Origin: Candidatus Sumerlaeaceae bacterium
Lineage (GTDB): Bacteria; Sumerlaeota; Sumerlaeia; Sumerlaeales; Sumerlaeaceae
Length of the DNA stretch: 64,000 bases
Direction: 5' to 3'
Assembly (NCBI GenBank): GCA_051003195.1
Contig: JBPCLP010000043.1
Location: forward strand, 38,914-102,913
Position numbers and translations under genes: made by a program. Numbering within the stretch: position 1 is the first letter of the stretch; every line of letters begins with the position of its first letter. Positions 39,248 through 49,555 of the stretch are shown in pieces. The notes under the pieces were generated by a model that was given only the letters and a program-made list of their open reading frames with translations, was not told the DNA's origin and did no database searches.

Positions 39248-41200
39248 ATGAGCTTTTGGTCACGGGTTCGGCGGCATCTTTACACGGTCTCTGCCGCTTC
39301 AGGAATGTCAGTATTACTGGCTTCTGCGTCGGCTGGTACTCCCGTTGGCTACTACGCTTCTGCAAATGGTGCAACCTCTGCCACTCTGCGCAGCTCACTT
39401 AATGACATCGTTACTTCCAACGCGCTGGTGGTAAATTTCTCTAACAGCACCACTTCCTTTGCCGCACTGGACAGTATGGACGAGGATCTGGTCGATGTGA
39501 CCAAAGTCCGCATGATTTACAGTGGTGACACGCGTGCAAAACATGCTGTTGCAGGTTCGAGCCAGGACGGCAACCCCGCCACCGGCGGCTGGAATCGGGA
39601 ACATGCTTTTCCGCAATCCTTCTTCGACATGGACACGAGCGGCGACGGGGACAACCCGATGGTGAGCGACCTTCACGCACTATTTCCCTGTGATAGCGAC
39701 ATCAACACTCAGCGCAGCAATAAAACGTTCAATACAGTGACAACCGCCACCTACACGGACATTTTTGGCGACCGGTCCAACTCAACCGACTTTGAACCCG
39801 GAAGTATCGGGACCAACATCAGCAAGGGCCGCGCTGCGCGTGCTGTTCTGTACATGGACGTTCGTTACGAGGGCGAGAACAGCGAACCGAACCTGCTCGT
39901 TACCGACACCGGCACGGTGGGAACAAGTCAGGCCCGTATGAAGTATCTGACGACGCTGTTGCAGTGGCACCGCCAGTATCCGCCCGATGCGTTTGAACGC
40001 ACCCGCAACAGCCGGACATATAATTTCCAGAAGAACGCCAATCCATTTGTCGATCATCCCGAATGGGTAGCGCAGGTCTATAACGATACTGCATGGCTGG
40101 TGGAAAACGGCACCACGCTTACCGTTTCCGCGAGCAGCGTCGCGCCGGCCAGCGCAACTGCTGCAACCCAGAACATTCCCATGCTAAGCCTGGACCTCGG
40201 TGTTGCCGGCAAGGAATGGCACATCGGACAAATGTCGTTCACGCAAACCGGCACTTCAAACGATCTTGAGACAAGCGACGTCAAAGTCTGGCACGACCTC
40301 GATCACAACGGTACTGTGGAAGCAACTGATACCCTGCTGGGAACCGGCAGTTTTTCCGCTGGTAATTCTACCGTCGTCTTTGCGGATCCGTTCTACCTCG
40401 CGCGCGGCACGATGAACCTGCTGGTTACGGCCACGCCGAAAGCAGCGTCTCCCGGTGGCAAAACGCTTCAGCTTCGGCTGAACGCCAACGGCATTACGCA
40501 TCATAGTTCCGGCGGCGTGGACGTCAATCCCACCTTTAGCGCGATTTCTTCAACTCCAGTTACAATCACAGGGGTTGGCGGAGGCGTGAAGATCGTCGCG
40601 GTAAGTACGCGCAGTTCAGCAAACAGCGCATCTGCGGAATTCATCGTCCTCGCAAATCACACCAGTTCACCGATCACCATGACAAACTGGATTATCCGTC
40701 GCCGTTCCGGTACTGGCAGTTCAAACAGCGATATGACATTCAGTGGTACCCTCGCGGCGAACGCGCATTTCCTGATAGCCAGCAGCACGTACGGCGCGGG
40801 CGCAAACGCGGTTGAGGGCACAACTGCCGATTACGTGGATACCAACGGCAGCGGCATCACCGGAGGCTTGAGTGACACAACAGCGGTCACCATTGCGTTG
40901 CTCAATACCGGAGCGGCCGGCCAGTTCGATGCAGTCTCATACAACGGCGGATCCACCGGGGTTCCGACGCTGCACGAAGGAACCGCATTTACGGGTTCGC
41001 TTTCAGCCGGCCAGACCCAGATGCTCTACCGTATTCGTGCGGCCGATCCAGGGCCTTATACCGACACGGACAACAACGCGACCGATCTTTCGGTGGTGGC
41101 AAAATACGGTCAGGCAGGTGCTCCTCGGCCAACGCCACCTAACAGCTCTGTCGCTGTGCAGGGGCCAACCACCGCGGTTACGGACTGGATGCATTACTAA
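39248..41200 (+). CDS. Secreted endonuclease I (EndA/Bsn family) with lamin-tail-like domain and C-terminal W-x-H-Y motif
   Basis: WNREHAFPQS, SDLHALFP...IN..RSN, KGRAARAVLYMDVRY, LLQWHRQYPPD.FE..RN, QKNANPFVDHPEW; AEFIVLANHTSSPI (LTD-like); ends TAVTDWMHY. Confidence 0.88.
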   Translation: MSFWSRVRRHLYTVSAASGMSVLLASASAGTPVGYYASANGATSATLRSSLNDIVTSNALVVNFSNSTTSFAALDSMDEDLVDVTKVRMIYSGDTRAKHAVAGSSQDGNPATGGWNREHAFPQSFFDMDTSGDGDNPMVSDLHALFPCDSDINTQRSNKTFNTVTTATYTDIFGDRSNSTDFEPGSIGTNISKGRAARAVLYMDVRYEGENSEPNLLVTDTGTVGTSQARMKYLTTLLQWHRQYPPDAFERTRNSRTYNFQKNANPFVDHPEWVAQVYNDTAWLVENGTTLTVSASSVAPASATAATQNIPMLSLDLGVAGKEWHIGQMSFTQTGTSNDLETSDVKVWHDLDHNGTVEATDTLLGTGSFSAGNSTVVFADPFYLARGTMNLLVTATPKAASPGGKTLQLRLNANGITHHSSGGVDVNPTFSAISSTPVTITGVGGGVKIVAVSTRSSANSASAEFIVLANHTSSPITMTNWIIRRRSGTGSSNSDMTFSGTLAANAHFLIASSTYGAGANAVEGTTADYVDTNGSGITGGLSDTTAVTIALLNTGAAGQFDAVSYNGGSTGVPTLHEGTAFTGSLSAGQTQMLYRIRAADPGPYTDTDNNATDLSVVAKYGQAGAPRPTPPNSSVAVQGPTTAVTDWMHY

Positions 41201-41227
41201 TGTGCCGAATCCGTACCGCAGGCCGCG

Positions 41228-41965
41228 CTAACGGTTCGCTGCATGCTTTTTCCGCGCGCGCCTGCGGATTTGCTTTGGGCTTACTAACCCGTAAACATTC
41301 TTTCGCAGGAATCGACCGATGCGCAGGTGAAGCGGCACATCGTGCAGAATATGCTTTTCGCCCGACGTCAGCTCAGACGGAAAATAGCGCGCTTTTATTT
41401 TGAGCGCCGTAATCTGGTCGATTTGAGCAACCGTATTGAAGACGCGATGACGGACAGGATTTCTGCCGTCGATTAGCGCAGTTTCAAAATCGATAATGCA
41501 CGGCTTGCCGTTCGTGCCGATCAGCATGTTCTTCCGCCGCAGGTCCCCGTGTACCACGCCGCAGTTGTGCATCTTCATGATCATCCCGGCCAGCTCGTCA
41601 AAAAAGGCCGGCGGAATCATTGCCGCGGATTTGCGCCGCGGCAGCGAAGTGCCCTCCACAAACTCCATAATGAAAGAGTCCGGTGAAAGCATTTCGACGA
41701 GCCGGGGCACACCGGCCACGGATTCCAGCCGCTTGTACGCGGCGGTCTCTCGTGCCACTGCACTGCGGCACCATGTGTGACGCGCCAGGCCTGGGCGTTT
41801 CGAAAAATCCTTCAGCACATAACGCTCGCCTTTGGGACCTGTCAGTAAAACGACATCCGGCGTGAACCACGTGCGGGATTTCTTGAGCGGAGTATGCTCG
41901 AACAGATCGAGGTTTCCATGGGTGGGGAAGAGCGGGTCCGATTGCGTTGTTGCCGTGTCAGCCAA
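41228..41965 (-). CDS. Protein-kinase-like fold enzyme (RIO/Kdo/LPS-kinase-like)
   Basis: VLKDF, RE..AY..L..V.GVPRL, MEFVEG, VVHGDLRRKN, IIDF. Confidence 0.75.
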   Translation of the reverse strand: MADTATTQSDPLFPTHGNLDLFEHTPLKKSRTWFTPDVVLLTGPKGERYVLKDFSKRPGLARHTWCRSAVARETAAYKRLESVAGVPRLVEMLSPDSFIMEFVEGTSLPRRKSAAMIPPAFFDELAGMIMKMHNCGVVHGDLRRKNMLIGTNGKPCIIDFETALIDGRNPVRHRVFNTVAQIDQITALKIKARYFPSELTSGEKHILHDVPLHLRIGRFLRKNVYGLVSPKQIRRRARKKHAANR

Positions 41966-41971
41966 GAGCGA

Positions 41972-44900
41972 TCAGCTTTCTGGAGTCAGGGGCGTACGCT
42001 GCAGCGAGCCCTTCAGCATTGTCTCACACGATGGCACGAACTTGAACTTTTCTTCACCCGGTTTGAGCTTATATACCAGTACGGCATCGCGCGAAGTGCC
42101 AGCGGGCAGAACCTCAATAATGGCATCTCCCATCGCATCTTTCTGTACTCGTTTCGGTGTCGGATAGAACACCACCCGAATCCCTTGCGCATCTGTCTCT
42201 CCATCGTTACGAAGCGTCGCTACCACACGCATCTGGCCTTTTTGCCTGTCTTCTGTACTCGGCTCCAGAATTGCGATATTTACCGGACGCACCCTGGCTT
42301 TCGTTCTGACTTTCAGATCCATCGAGGCCGTGTTATTTGCCGGATCACGATCTCCGCCGGTGCTCGTAGTGATGCGGAACTCCACATGCTGTGGACCCGC
42401 ATTGTGAAACGGGTCCCACCTGAGTGCAACGGTTCGGGTTGTACCCGGCTCGATGGCAAATGGTTCGACTGGGCCGGTCACCCGCGATTCCAGTCGTTCG
42501 GTTTCGCTGGTAGAAACCCCTGCGAATGCATCCACGCGAACGCCCTCTGCAACGGTTCGTCCGGCGTTTGCCACGGTCACATTGAAAAATACGGTCTCCC
42601 CATCGCTCGGATGCTGGCTTGAAACGCGAACACCATCGGGTACTATCATCAGGTCCGGCACATCCTCGGGGGAGAGCCGCACCTGGAGCGGTCGCGGCTG
42701 CTGAAACTCAAGAGTCCCGGAGCTGAGCTTCACCGAAAGCTGCTGCGAGGAAGCCGTGGTTTGCAGCGGAACGGACATGCTGACGTAAGCAGCGGCACTC
42801 GCGGCGACTGCACTCACTGGTACAGTTGTCACTGCTCCAGCGGTATCAAGTTCCAGGCTTGCAACCGCAGAACTGATCACCTGCTCGGACGCGTTGTACG
42901 CGCGAAATGACACCGTCGCATTGTAGCCCTGCGGAGCCGAGGCGTATCGGGTTTCCAGGCTCTCCGGATCGATCAACAGCGCTCGTGATGGTTGATCGTT
43001 CGGCACGGCACTGACCAGTACAACGGGATCCGCCGTTTTTACCGGCACGACAGTCCCATCGGCGTAGCCACGGATGGTGAGTCGCGCGATTCCGTCCGCC
43101 GCAGTGATGGTGCACGGAACAATCTTCTCCTGCAATGGCAGCAGCTCGAATTCCGCGGATTTCCCAAGGACCGTCTTACCGTCGCTCAGTTCCAGGTGCA
43201 TCCTCCTGGCTGGGGTTGTTCCCTGGTTTTGCAGTGTGAAAGCGAACTTCACCTGCGCGCCGGGCGGTACTGTACCAGCCGGTTCGTGCCGCGAACGCAG
43301 GAGACTAATAACCGGTGCCTCCCCAACAGGAATCGCACTGGAGCGTGGACGGTCGGCACTTACCGGCAATACTGCAATCATCGCTGAATGACTGGTCGCT
43401 GTCGTTTGGACCATCAGAGGCTCTGTCACGGTGGTAACCGGCGAAGCACTGAACGCATATGCGGTTGAGCATACGTGCTGGACGTAGCCAGACTTCATTT
43501 CGGCAGGGTTGAAAGTTTCCTTCAACGGCTCTGCAATCTGAAGCTCCAGGTCCGGATCGCCAAGCAGGATAAACATGCGAGCAAGGTCAGGCGGATTACC
43601 CATCAGCAGATAGCGCCAGTTCGCAAGTGCCAGCGAAGCGCCCAAAGGCACCACCCGCTCCTCCAAAAGCGCACGATTAAGCTGCAACGTAAACCGCTCG
43701 TGCTGGCTTGTGATACCGGGGCCCGATGGAACATAGCACGCAATCGCTCCACCGTTCGGAATCCGCATGAAGTCTTCGCTGATACACACGTTCCAGCGCG
43801 GCATGGGGTAATCGATGGCGCCGCTGTTGCACGTCATGTTTACAATGAACGACAGCTTATCGCGGTTCGTCAGCATGCGATTATCCGAGTTCTCGCTGTC
43901 GCCGCCGAACCAGATACGTTCGTTCGACCATACATTGGGCGAGCCATGCCCGAAATACGTCACCATCGCAGCGCCCGCATTAAACATATCCCGGATCTTC
44001 GCGGTGGTCTTCGGGCTCACTTTCGACTTCTTCGCCTCGGCCACTTCCAGCGGGAAGTAGTAGTTGTCGATCCACGGCTCTTCCGACATGAAGATGCGCT
44101 GCAGGAAAAAACGCGCCGGCACCGTCTGATTCATAATCGTCTCGACGGACTGTTCGAAATCCGAGTGGTCCGCAACGTACGTCAGCGTGTTGCGCCACGG
44201 CCCGTCACCGGGGTGGTCCTGGTAGTCCGCATGCTTTTTCAGCATGGTTGACAGGTCGTGCACGTTGTTCACGGAGATTCGTCCGAGCAGGTTATCCGCC
44301 AGCAGGTCGTCGCCGAAGCTCGTCGCAAACCACTGGTCCGAGGCGAAGCGGTCGCCGCTCTCGCCCACGGTCATCGATGGCACGTAGTTGAAAACGCCGT
44401 TGCGGAACTCATCCCGATACGCGCTGGAAGAATCGCCGACAAACAGGACGCAGGTCGCAGCCGGTGCGTGCGCGCTTCCTTTCCATGCGGCGGTGATATA
44501 TCGTATGAAACTACGCAGCGCATGCGGAGTGCTTTGCCCGGCGCCAAATTGGTCATAAACATCACGAATGTCCACCACCTGCACCTTGTGACCCTCGGCT
44601 GATTTCCGCTGTGCGAAGGTCTGGATCGTTTGCGTGAAAAATGGGTGGCAGACGATCACATAGTCGGCAGCAATTTCCGCGTTGTGCAGATCCGTGCCGG
44701 GCGTGAAATGCTCGAGTGGTGCGTGTTCGACGTTTCCGACATCGCTCAGCAGGTACTTTCTGGGCGTGGATTCCACCACGCGCATGCGAACAGTATCCGC
44801 TGCATGCTCGTGCTGCAAAAACTTTGTAATGCTGTCGGTCACGTCCACCACAACCGTTTGCGCGGCGGGGGATATGCCGCTCACGACGTACTCGACTGCG

Positions 44901-46462
44901 CGGTGCACCTGCGCTATGCTGGTCGCTGCATCGGCGGGGCTCACGGCAGGCGAACCGAATTCCAGGCCCGACGGCCCTGCCTTGTAAAGCTTCTGGTAAT
45001 TAATCTCCAGGCGGTCGAAGCAGAGCTCGATGTACTGGCGCCGCCCACCCACGGTTGGTGACGTCGCAGCGTCCACCAGCTCCAGCACCGCCGTGTTGCC
45101 GCTCTCCCTCAAACTGCTTGCGAGGACTTCAAAGTCCTTTTGTTCATCGTTCGTATTCTCGATCTGCATATCCACCGGCGGTGCGTCGTTGATGCGGATT
45201 CGCACCGTGATCGCCTTTTGTCCTGTCGGCCAGGAGTGCGGATAAAAAAACGCGCTCGCCTTTACGTTGCCGCCGCTCACGTACAGGCCCGGCAGATCGA
45301 AGTTGAACTGGCCCGGCTGGCTGAGCGGTATCGGCTCCGGCACTGCGCCGCGGCCATCGGTCCACGTCCACCACGCCCAACGAAACCCCAGGATGGTAAG
45401 GAACTGGTCGTTCCTGGTGAGAACGGGCGGATTGTCCTGCTCCACTTTCTGTATGGCCGGGAACACCTGCGCGCGTTCCACTGCGACAGCGGGAGCCGGT
45501 TGAACTGCTTTCTGCATCGCGGTGGCTGGCGATGTGGGATCATTTACCAGCCAGTATGTATTCGTGGTGGCGTAAATCGACGGGTTTGCCAGCGCATGAA
45601 AAATCCAGCGGTCCAGTGGTGAAACGGCCGTCGCGGATTTGCCGCTCGCGGGGAGGAAGTGCAACGGCTGCGACTCTCCCTCCAGCAGCAGGCGAAGATC
45701 GTCGGGCCGCAGGTTGAGCAGGTCGACACCCGAGCTGGCAAGGTCCTGTCCCGTTACCTGGTACAGACCTGTCCGGTCAATCGGCACGCGCAGACGAAAG
45801 GGCGACGAACTGGATACGGGGTTCCATGCAGGTTTCGCTGCACCAGGAATGTCCGCCGGTGACGCGACCATGAGTTTCGAAAGATCGCCCGGATTCACCA
45901 CCAGTCGCTCGAGTGCCGCGCGTATCGGCCCTGTAGATTCGCGCTCCATCCACGCCCTGTTCGGTTGCGACCCGGTCTTTGCAGCGGCGAACTGCAATCG
46001 CACGGTGCCACTGGTCACCGGCTCGCCGTCTGGCGCGGTCGCGATAACGAACGTTACCCGCCCGAGTTTATGGCCGCGCACATACCCCAGCTGTTCGAAC
46101 GTAACCGGCGCAGCCGTTACTGCAGTCAAAACCGGGCTCGAGGCACGGTACTGCGATACGCTGCCCGTGGTGTACTCCCCCGTGGGGACCGCGACCGCGA
46201 GCACCGCCTTTTGTTCCGATGGAGTACGAACGACCTCGAAGTCGAACTCGATGTAAGCAGCCCTTGTATCATACCGCGATATGCGTAAATCCGGTGCATC
46301 GGCCAGCGCTTCCGCCCTTTGCAATGCCTCCTGACGCCAGGTTACTTCCTCCGGTGAAAGCACCCCGGCCGCCGCCACTCCCGCGCAAAAGCAAACAGCA
46401 CCAGCCGCCATCACGACCGCCGTAATTGCCCCCACACCTCGCACCTGCTGACGAAAACGCAT
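41972..46462 (-). CDS. C25 family cysteine peptidase (gingipain/PorU-like) with C-terminal CARDB/Ig domains
   Basis: Signal peptide; GLYQVTG.DL; ADYVIVCH; DVYDQFG.G...P.ALRSF; VLFVGDSS; ASDQWF; LGRI; catalytic YFGHG and MTCNSG; FILLGDPDL; PDL...P.DGE.V.F.VTV.N.G...NNTA (CARDB). Confidence 0.88.
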   Translation of the reverse strand: MRFRQQVRGVGAITAVVMAAGAVCFCAGVAAAGVLSPEEVTWRQEALQRAEALADAPDLRISRYDTRAAYIEFDFEVVRTPSEQKAVLAVAVPTGEYTTGSVSQYRASSPVLTAVTAAPVTFEQLGYVRGHKLGRVTFVIATAPDGEPVTSGTVRLQFAAAKTGSQPNRAWMERESTGPIRAALERLVVNPGDLSKLMVASPADIPGAAKPAWNPVSSSSPFRLRVPIDRTGLYQVTGQDLASSGVDLLNLRPDDLRLLLEGESQPLHFLPASGKSATAVSPLDRWIFHALANPSIYATTNTYWLVNDPTSPATAMQKAVQPAPAVAVERAQVFPAIQKVEQDNPPVLTRNDQFLTILGFRWAWWTWTDGRGAVPEPIPLSQPGQFNFDLPGLYVSGGNVKASAFFYPHSWPTGQKAITVRIRINDAPPVDMQIENTNDEQKDFEVLASSLRESGNTAVLELVDAATSPTVGGRRQYIELCFDRLEINYQKLYKAGPSGLEFGSPAVSPADAATSIAQVHRAVEYVVSGISPAAQTVVVDVTDSITKFLQHEHAADTVRMRVVESTPRKYLLSDVGNVEHAPLEHFTPGTDLHNAEIAADYVIVCHPFFTQTIQTFAQRKSAEGHKVQVVDIRDVYDQFGAGQSTPHALRSFIRYITAAWKGSAHAPAATCVLFVGDSSSAYRDEFRNGVFNYVPSMTVGESGDRFASDQWFATSFGDDLLADNLLGRISVNNVHDLSTMLKKHADYQDHPGDGPWRNTLTYVADHSDFEQSVETIMNQTVPARFFLQRIFMSEEPWIDNYYFPLEVAEAKKSKVSPKTTAKIRDMFNAGAAMVTYFGHGSPNVWSNERIWFGGDSENSDNRMLTNRDKLSFIVNMTCNSGAIDYPMPRWNVCISEDFMRIPNGGAIACYVPSGPGITSQHERFTLQLNRALLEERVVPLGASLALANWRYLLMGNPPDLARMFILLGDPDLELQIAEPLKETFNPAEMKSGYVQHVCSTAYAFSASPVTTVTEPLMVQTTATSHSAMIAVLPVSADRPRSSAIPVGEAPVISLLRSRHEPAGTVPPGAQVKFAFTLQNQGTTPARRMHLELSDGKTVLGKSAEFELLPLQEKIVPCTITAADGIARLTIRGYADGTVVPVKTADPVVLVSAVPNDQPSRALLIDPESLETRYASAPQGYNATVSFRAYNASEQVISSAVASLELDTAGAVTTVPVSAVAASAAAYVSMSVPLQTTASSQQLSVKLSSGTLEFQQPRPLQVRLSPEDVPDLMIVPDGVRVSSQHPSDGETVFFNVTVANAGRTVAEGVRVDAFAGVSTSETERLESRVTGPVEPFAIEPGTTRTVALRWDPFHNAGPQHVEFRITTSTGGDRDPANNTASMDLKVRTKARVRPVNIAILEPSTEDRQKGQMRVVATLRNDGETDAQGIRVVFYPTPKRVQKDAMGDAIIEVLPAGTSRDAVLVYKLKPGEEKFKFVPSCETMLKGSLQRTPLTPES

Positions 46463-46610
46463 CCGACCTCGTTTGTTCCAAACTAGCTGGCGCGAAGCAA
46501 CTCTTCCTCAGGCCAACCGCCAACGGAAAACACCATACCTGCAAACAGCATCTTTATGGCACCGCAACAGTTCCCTTGATTGGCACGGTTTGGGGCAAAG
46601 GGTCACACGC

Positions 46611-47768
46611 GTGCCCGCATCCACTTCCTATCGAATTCTCCACCTGGTCAGCAGCATGCGCTGGACGGGCGTGGCCGAGCCCGCCGCCAGCCTTGCGAAG
46701 CAGCAGATTATGGCCGGCCACGACGTACGCGCGGCGGCCATCTGGGAGCGATCGCTTGAGGACGGGCTCAAGGAGCGTGGAATTCCGCTCGCCCGCGAAC
46801 TCGAGCTTCAGCGCCGCATCAATCCGCTCGCGCTGCACCAGGACGTGCACCGCCTGCGCCGGTTCCTGCTGCACAACCAGATCGGTGTCGTGCACTGCCA
46901 TTTGCTGCACGACCACTGGATAGCCGCCATGGCGATCCGGCCGCTTCGCGGGTCCGAGCGTCCGCTGCTGGTACGCACCGTTCATCGTTACGAAAAGATG
47001 CGGCGCGATCCCTGGCACACGTGGCTCTTCGCATCGGTCACCGATGTTGTCATCACTGTATCGACCGAACAGCGCGAGCTGATCCTTGCGGCCTACCCTG
47101 AAATCCGCGAGCGGCTTCACGTCATCTTCGGTGCGGTGGATGCGCAGCGTTTTCGCCCCGACCTTCCCGGCGCCGCGCTCGTCCGCGCCGATATGGGCGA
47201 GCCCGCCGATGCAAAAGTTGCGGGCATCGTCGCCCACCTTGGTTATAACCGCGGCCACCGCTGGTTGCTCGACGCCGCGCCGGCCGTCGTTGAAACCGTG
47301 CCCAATGCCACCATCTGGATAGTGGGCCAGGGCGAACTGAAATATCCGCTGCGCAGGCAGTTGCGCGCGCCGCAATTCAAGGACCGTGTGTTGATGGCAA
47401 GCTACCGCACCGACGATTTGCCCGAGACGTACTGCGCCATGGACGTCGCGCTGCTGCTGGGGCTCGGCAGCGAGGGGAGTGCGCGCGCGGCACTGGAAGC
47501 CATGTCGTGCGCGCGGCCCGTCATCGCGGTCCGCAAAGGCGCGCTCGTCGACACCATCTCGCACGGAGAAGACGGCCTGCTCGTCGATGAGAACGATGTA
47601 GCCGGGTTAACCGAGGCGCTGGTCCGGCTGCTCGCCAGCCCCTCCGAAGCGCGCCGCATGGGCGCAAACGCCCGCAGAAAAATCCTCGAGCGGTTCACCG
47701 ACGAACAGCGCTATCTCGCCACACAAGCCGTATATGAGCAGGGCTTCCAGCGAAGCCGCCCCGCATAG
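46611..47768 (+). CDS. Glycosyltransferase family 4
   Basis: RILHLVSS, VVHCH, VRTVH, EGSARAALEAMSCARPV, DGLLV. Start uncertain (ORF track begins at 46473). Confidence 0.88.
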   Translation: MPASTSYRILHLVSSMRWTGVAEPAASLAKQQIMAGHDVRAAAIWERSLEDGLKERGIPLARELELQRRINPLALHQDVHRLRRFLLHNQIGVVHCHLLHDHWIAAMAIRPLRGSERPLLVRTVHRYEKMRRDPWHTWLFASVTDVVITVSTEQRELILAAYPEIRERLHVIFGAVDAQRFRPDLPGAALVRADMGEPADAKVAGIVAHLGYNRGHRWLLDAAPAVVETVPNATIWIVGQGELKYPLRRQLRAPQFKDRVLMASYRTDDLPETYCAMDVALLLGLGSEGSARAALEAMSCARPVIAVRKGALVDTISHGEDGLLVDENDVAGLTEALVRLLASPSEARRMGANARRKILERFTDEQRYLATQAVYEQGFQRSRPA

Positions 47769-47818
47769 CCCCCGCCTGCCGAGGCAAAGCGGGCGCTGGG
47801 GCAAATTCAAACTGCGTG

Positions 47819-47925
47819 AATTTCGACGTTAGAGAAGACGTCCATAGCACCAGTGCCGAATCAGAAGTTCATTACCAGACCAAAGGGCAGTTGTTAACAG
47901 CGAACGTCGTTGATTTCCACCATCG
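47819..47925 (+). repeat. Left copy of about 108-bp imperfect direct repeat
   Basis: Aligns with 49331-49439 with 6 substitutions and a 2-nt indel (counted by eye). Confidence 0.9.
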
Positions 47926-48496
47926 ACGAATAACGACGAATGATGTGAGAATCCGAGTGCGCGGGGGGCCGCGGTGGAGGCTTTTCAAGTTTTTCAAGTT
48001 TTTTTCAAGTTTGCGGTGTAGAAGCTTGAAAGGCTTGCAGATATAATTCAAGTTATTCAAGTTGGTAATTTCGCCACTTGAATAGCGGTAATCCTCGCGT
48101 AAGAATTCGCCGGGGCCGTGTATCTCCGGCTTCCTTGCGCGATGGGCGCCTTTTCCGCCAGGTGCAAAGACGTAAAATGCCACGCGGATTGGGCGCAGAA
48201 GTCCATCTGCTGTCGGTCACGGCGTTCGGGCTGCATAGTTTTCAAAGAACACGTTCAGGTTACTACGGGGGCAGGTATACACCAGTTGTGGAGGGCGTGC
48301 CTATTCCCTGGCGTACCCTACAGTGGGCTAAGTCCAATAAAGTCGAAAGAGATTTTTTTGGCGAAGTCGCGCTGGTGCGCGCCGGCTACTCAGGATTAGG
48401 GCCGTTACTCGACGTGCCATGCTGATGAGGCTTCCGTGAGAAAATTGATCGTCGAGCGTCGCAGAGGGGACGGTCGTCCACGTCCCCGTAACTTCT

Positions 48497-48895
48497 TTAT
48501 ATGGCTATGATCTTGATATCGGTTTCGCGAAACAATGGCTTACTGCGCTTTTCCGTAGTGTAAAACTCTCCAGCTTTTGCCTTAATTGCCGCCTCAAGGT
48601 GCAGAGCGTCCACTGCATTCAGCCCGAGGCGACCTGCGCGTTCCATGGCACCGTTCAGCAGCGGTTCATCTATAGTGACGCGCAACTTTGCCGCATGGAA
48701 GTAAGCCTGGTAGAACCCCACCTCGAACGACTGCTGGTGAAAAAGCGCTTTGGGCAGAACTTCGAGTTGCAGGAATGAGCTGACGACGAATTCGCGTTCT
48801 GGATCATCGATAACCTGCATGACCCGTGTGGCGAGACTGGCTCGGCTTCGCGCGCCTTCGATAAGCACTCCGGCATCCAGAAATGTCCGGATCAA
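48497..48895 (-). CDS. PIN-domain (VapC-like) toxin
   Basis: TFLDAGVLI, LQLEVL, GLNAVDALHLEAA, FYTTE. Confidence 0.88.
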   Translation of the reverse strand: MIRTFLDAGVLIEGARSRASLATRVMQVIDDPEREFVVSSFLQLEVLPKALFHQQSFEVGFYQAYFHAAKLRVTIDEPLLNGAMERAGRLGLNAVDALHLEAAIKAKAGEFYTTEKRSKPLFRETDIKIIAI

Positions 48896-49089
48896 TCCAT
48901 GCCGCCGCGGCGCGCCCGAACCTCTTCTCGCACCTCTTCAAGCGTAAGCAATTTCTCACCGCTGGCCTCAATCTTTCGCCGCCACTCGAGCATGCGCTTG
49001 CCAAGTTCCGTCCGAGGTTCATACTGGATGTGCCTGTCCTCATTGGGGTCTGCGGGTACCCCATGCTTCGGAACTTTATGGGTGCTCAT
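48892..49089 (-). CDS. Putative antitoxin of the PIN toxin (65 aa)
   Basis: AGGAG RBS before ATG 49089; PRTELGKRMLEWRRKIEASGEKLLTLEEVREEVRARRGG; stop overlaps the toxin start by 4 nt. Confidence 0.72.
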   Translation of the reverse strand: MSTHKVPKHGVPADPNEDRHIQYEPRTELGKRMLEWRRKIEASGEKLLTLEEVREEVRARRGGMD

Positions 49090-49330
49090 CTGCAATGCTC
49101 CTATGGGTTGGTGCAGTGTATTTACCTTGTTGTGCAGCAGGTTATTGACGAATAGGTGCCCATTCGTAATTTTGCACGTCCCGAATTGCGATTCCGAGGG
49201 GAATTTATATGTGCTAGACAATACTGGATACATAAGTCTTGTACAAGATGGATCTCTTCAATCGACTCTTGTATTGGATATCCGAGATCGGTGCGCGAAC
49301 GGTCGCTCGGGCAAAAATTCAAGTGGAGTC

Positions 49331-49439
49331 AATTTCGACATTACAGTAGACGTCCACAGCACCAGTGTACCGAATCAGAAGTTCATTACCAGACCAAAGG
49401 GCAGTTGTTAACAGCGAGCGTCGTTGATTTCCACCGTCG
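49331..49439 (+). repeat. Right copy of about 108-bp imperfect direct repeat
   Basis: Matches 47819-47925. Confidence 0.9.
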
Positions 49440-49555
49440 CGCCAGATCGCAACCCCGCGTCTGATCCATCCAACTCCGGCGAAACGACCACGCACGCGAA
49501 CAAAACTCGTATACCGCCCTGGGTATGGTGTCCCATTAATTCGTCCACTGGTTTT

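Noticed and set aside
46581..46598. Sigma-54 promoter TGGCAC...GC before the GT4 gene
   Set aside because: The GG-to-GC spacing is not the required 10 nt and TTGC is absent. The site near 7470 also has the wrong spacing.
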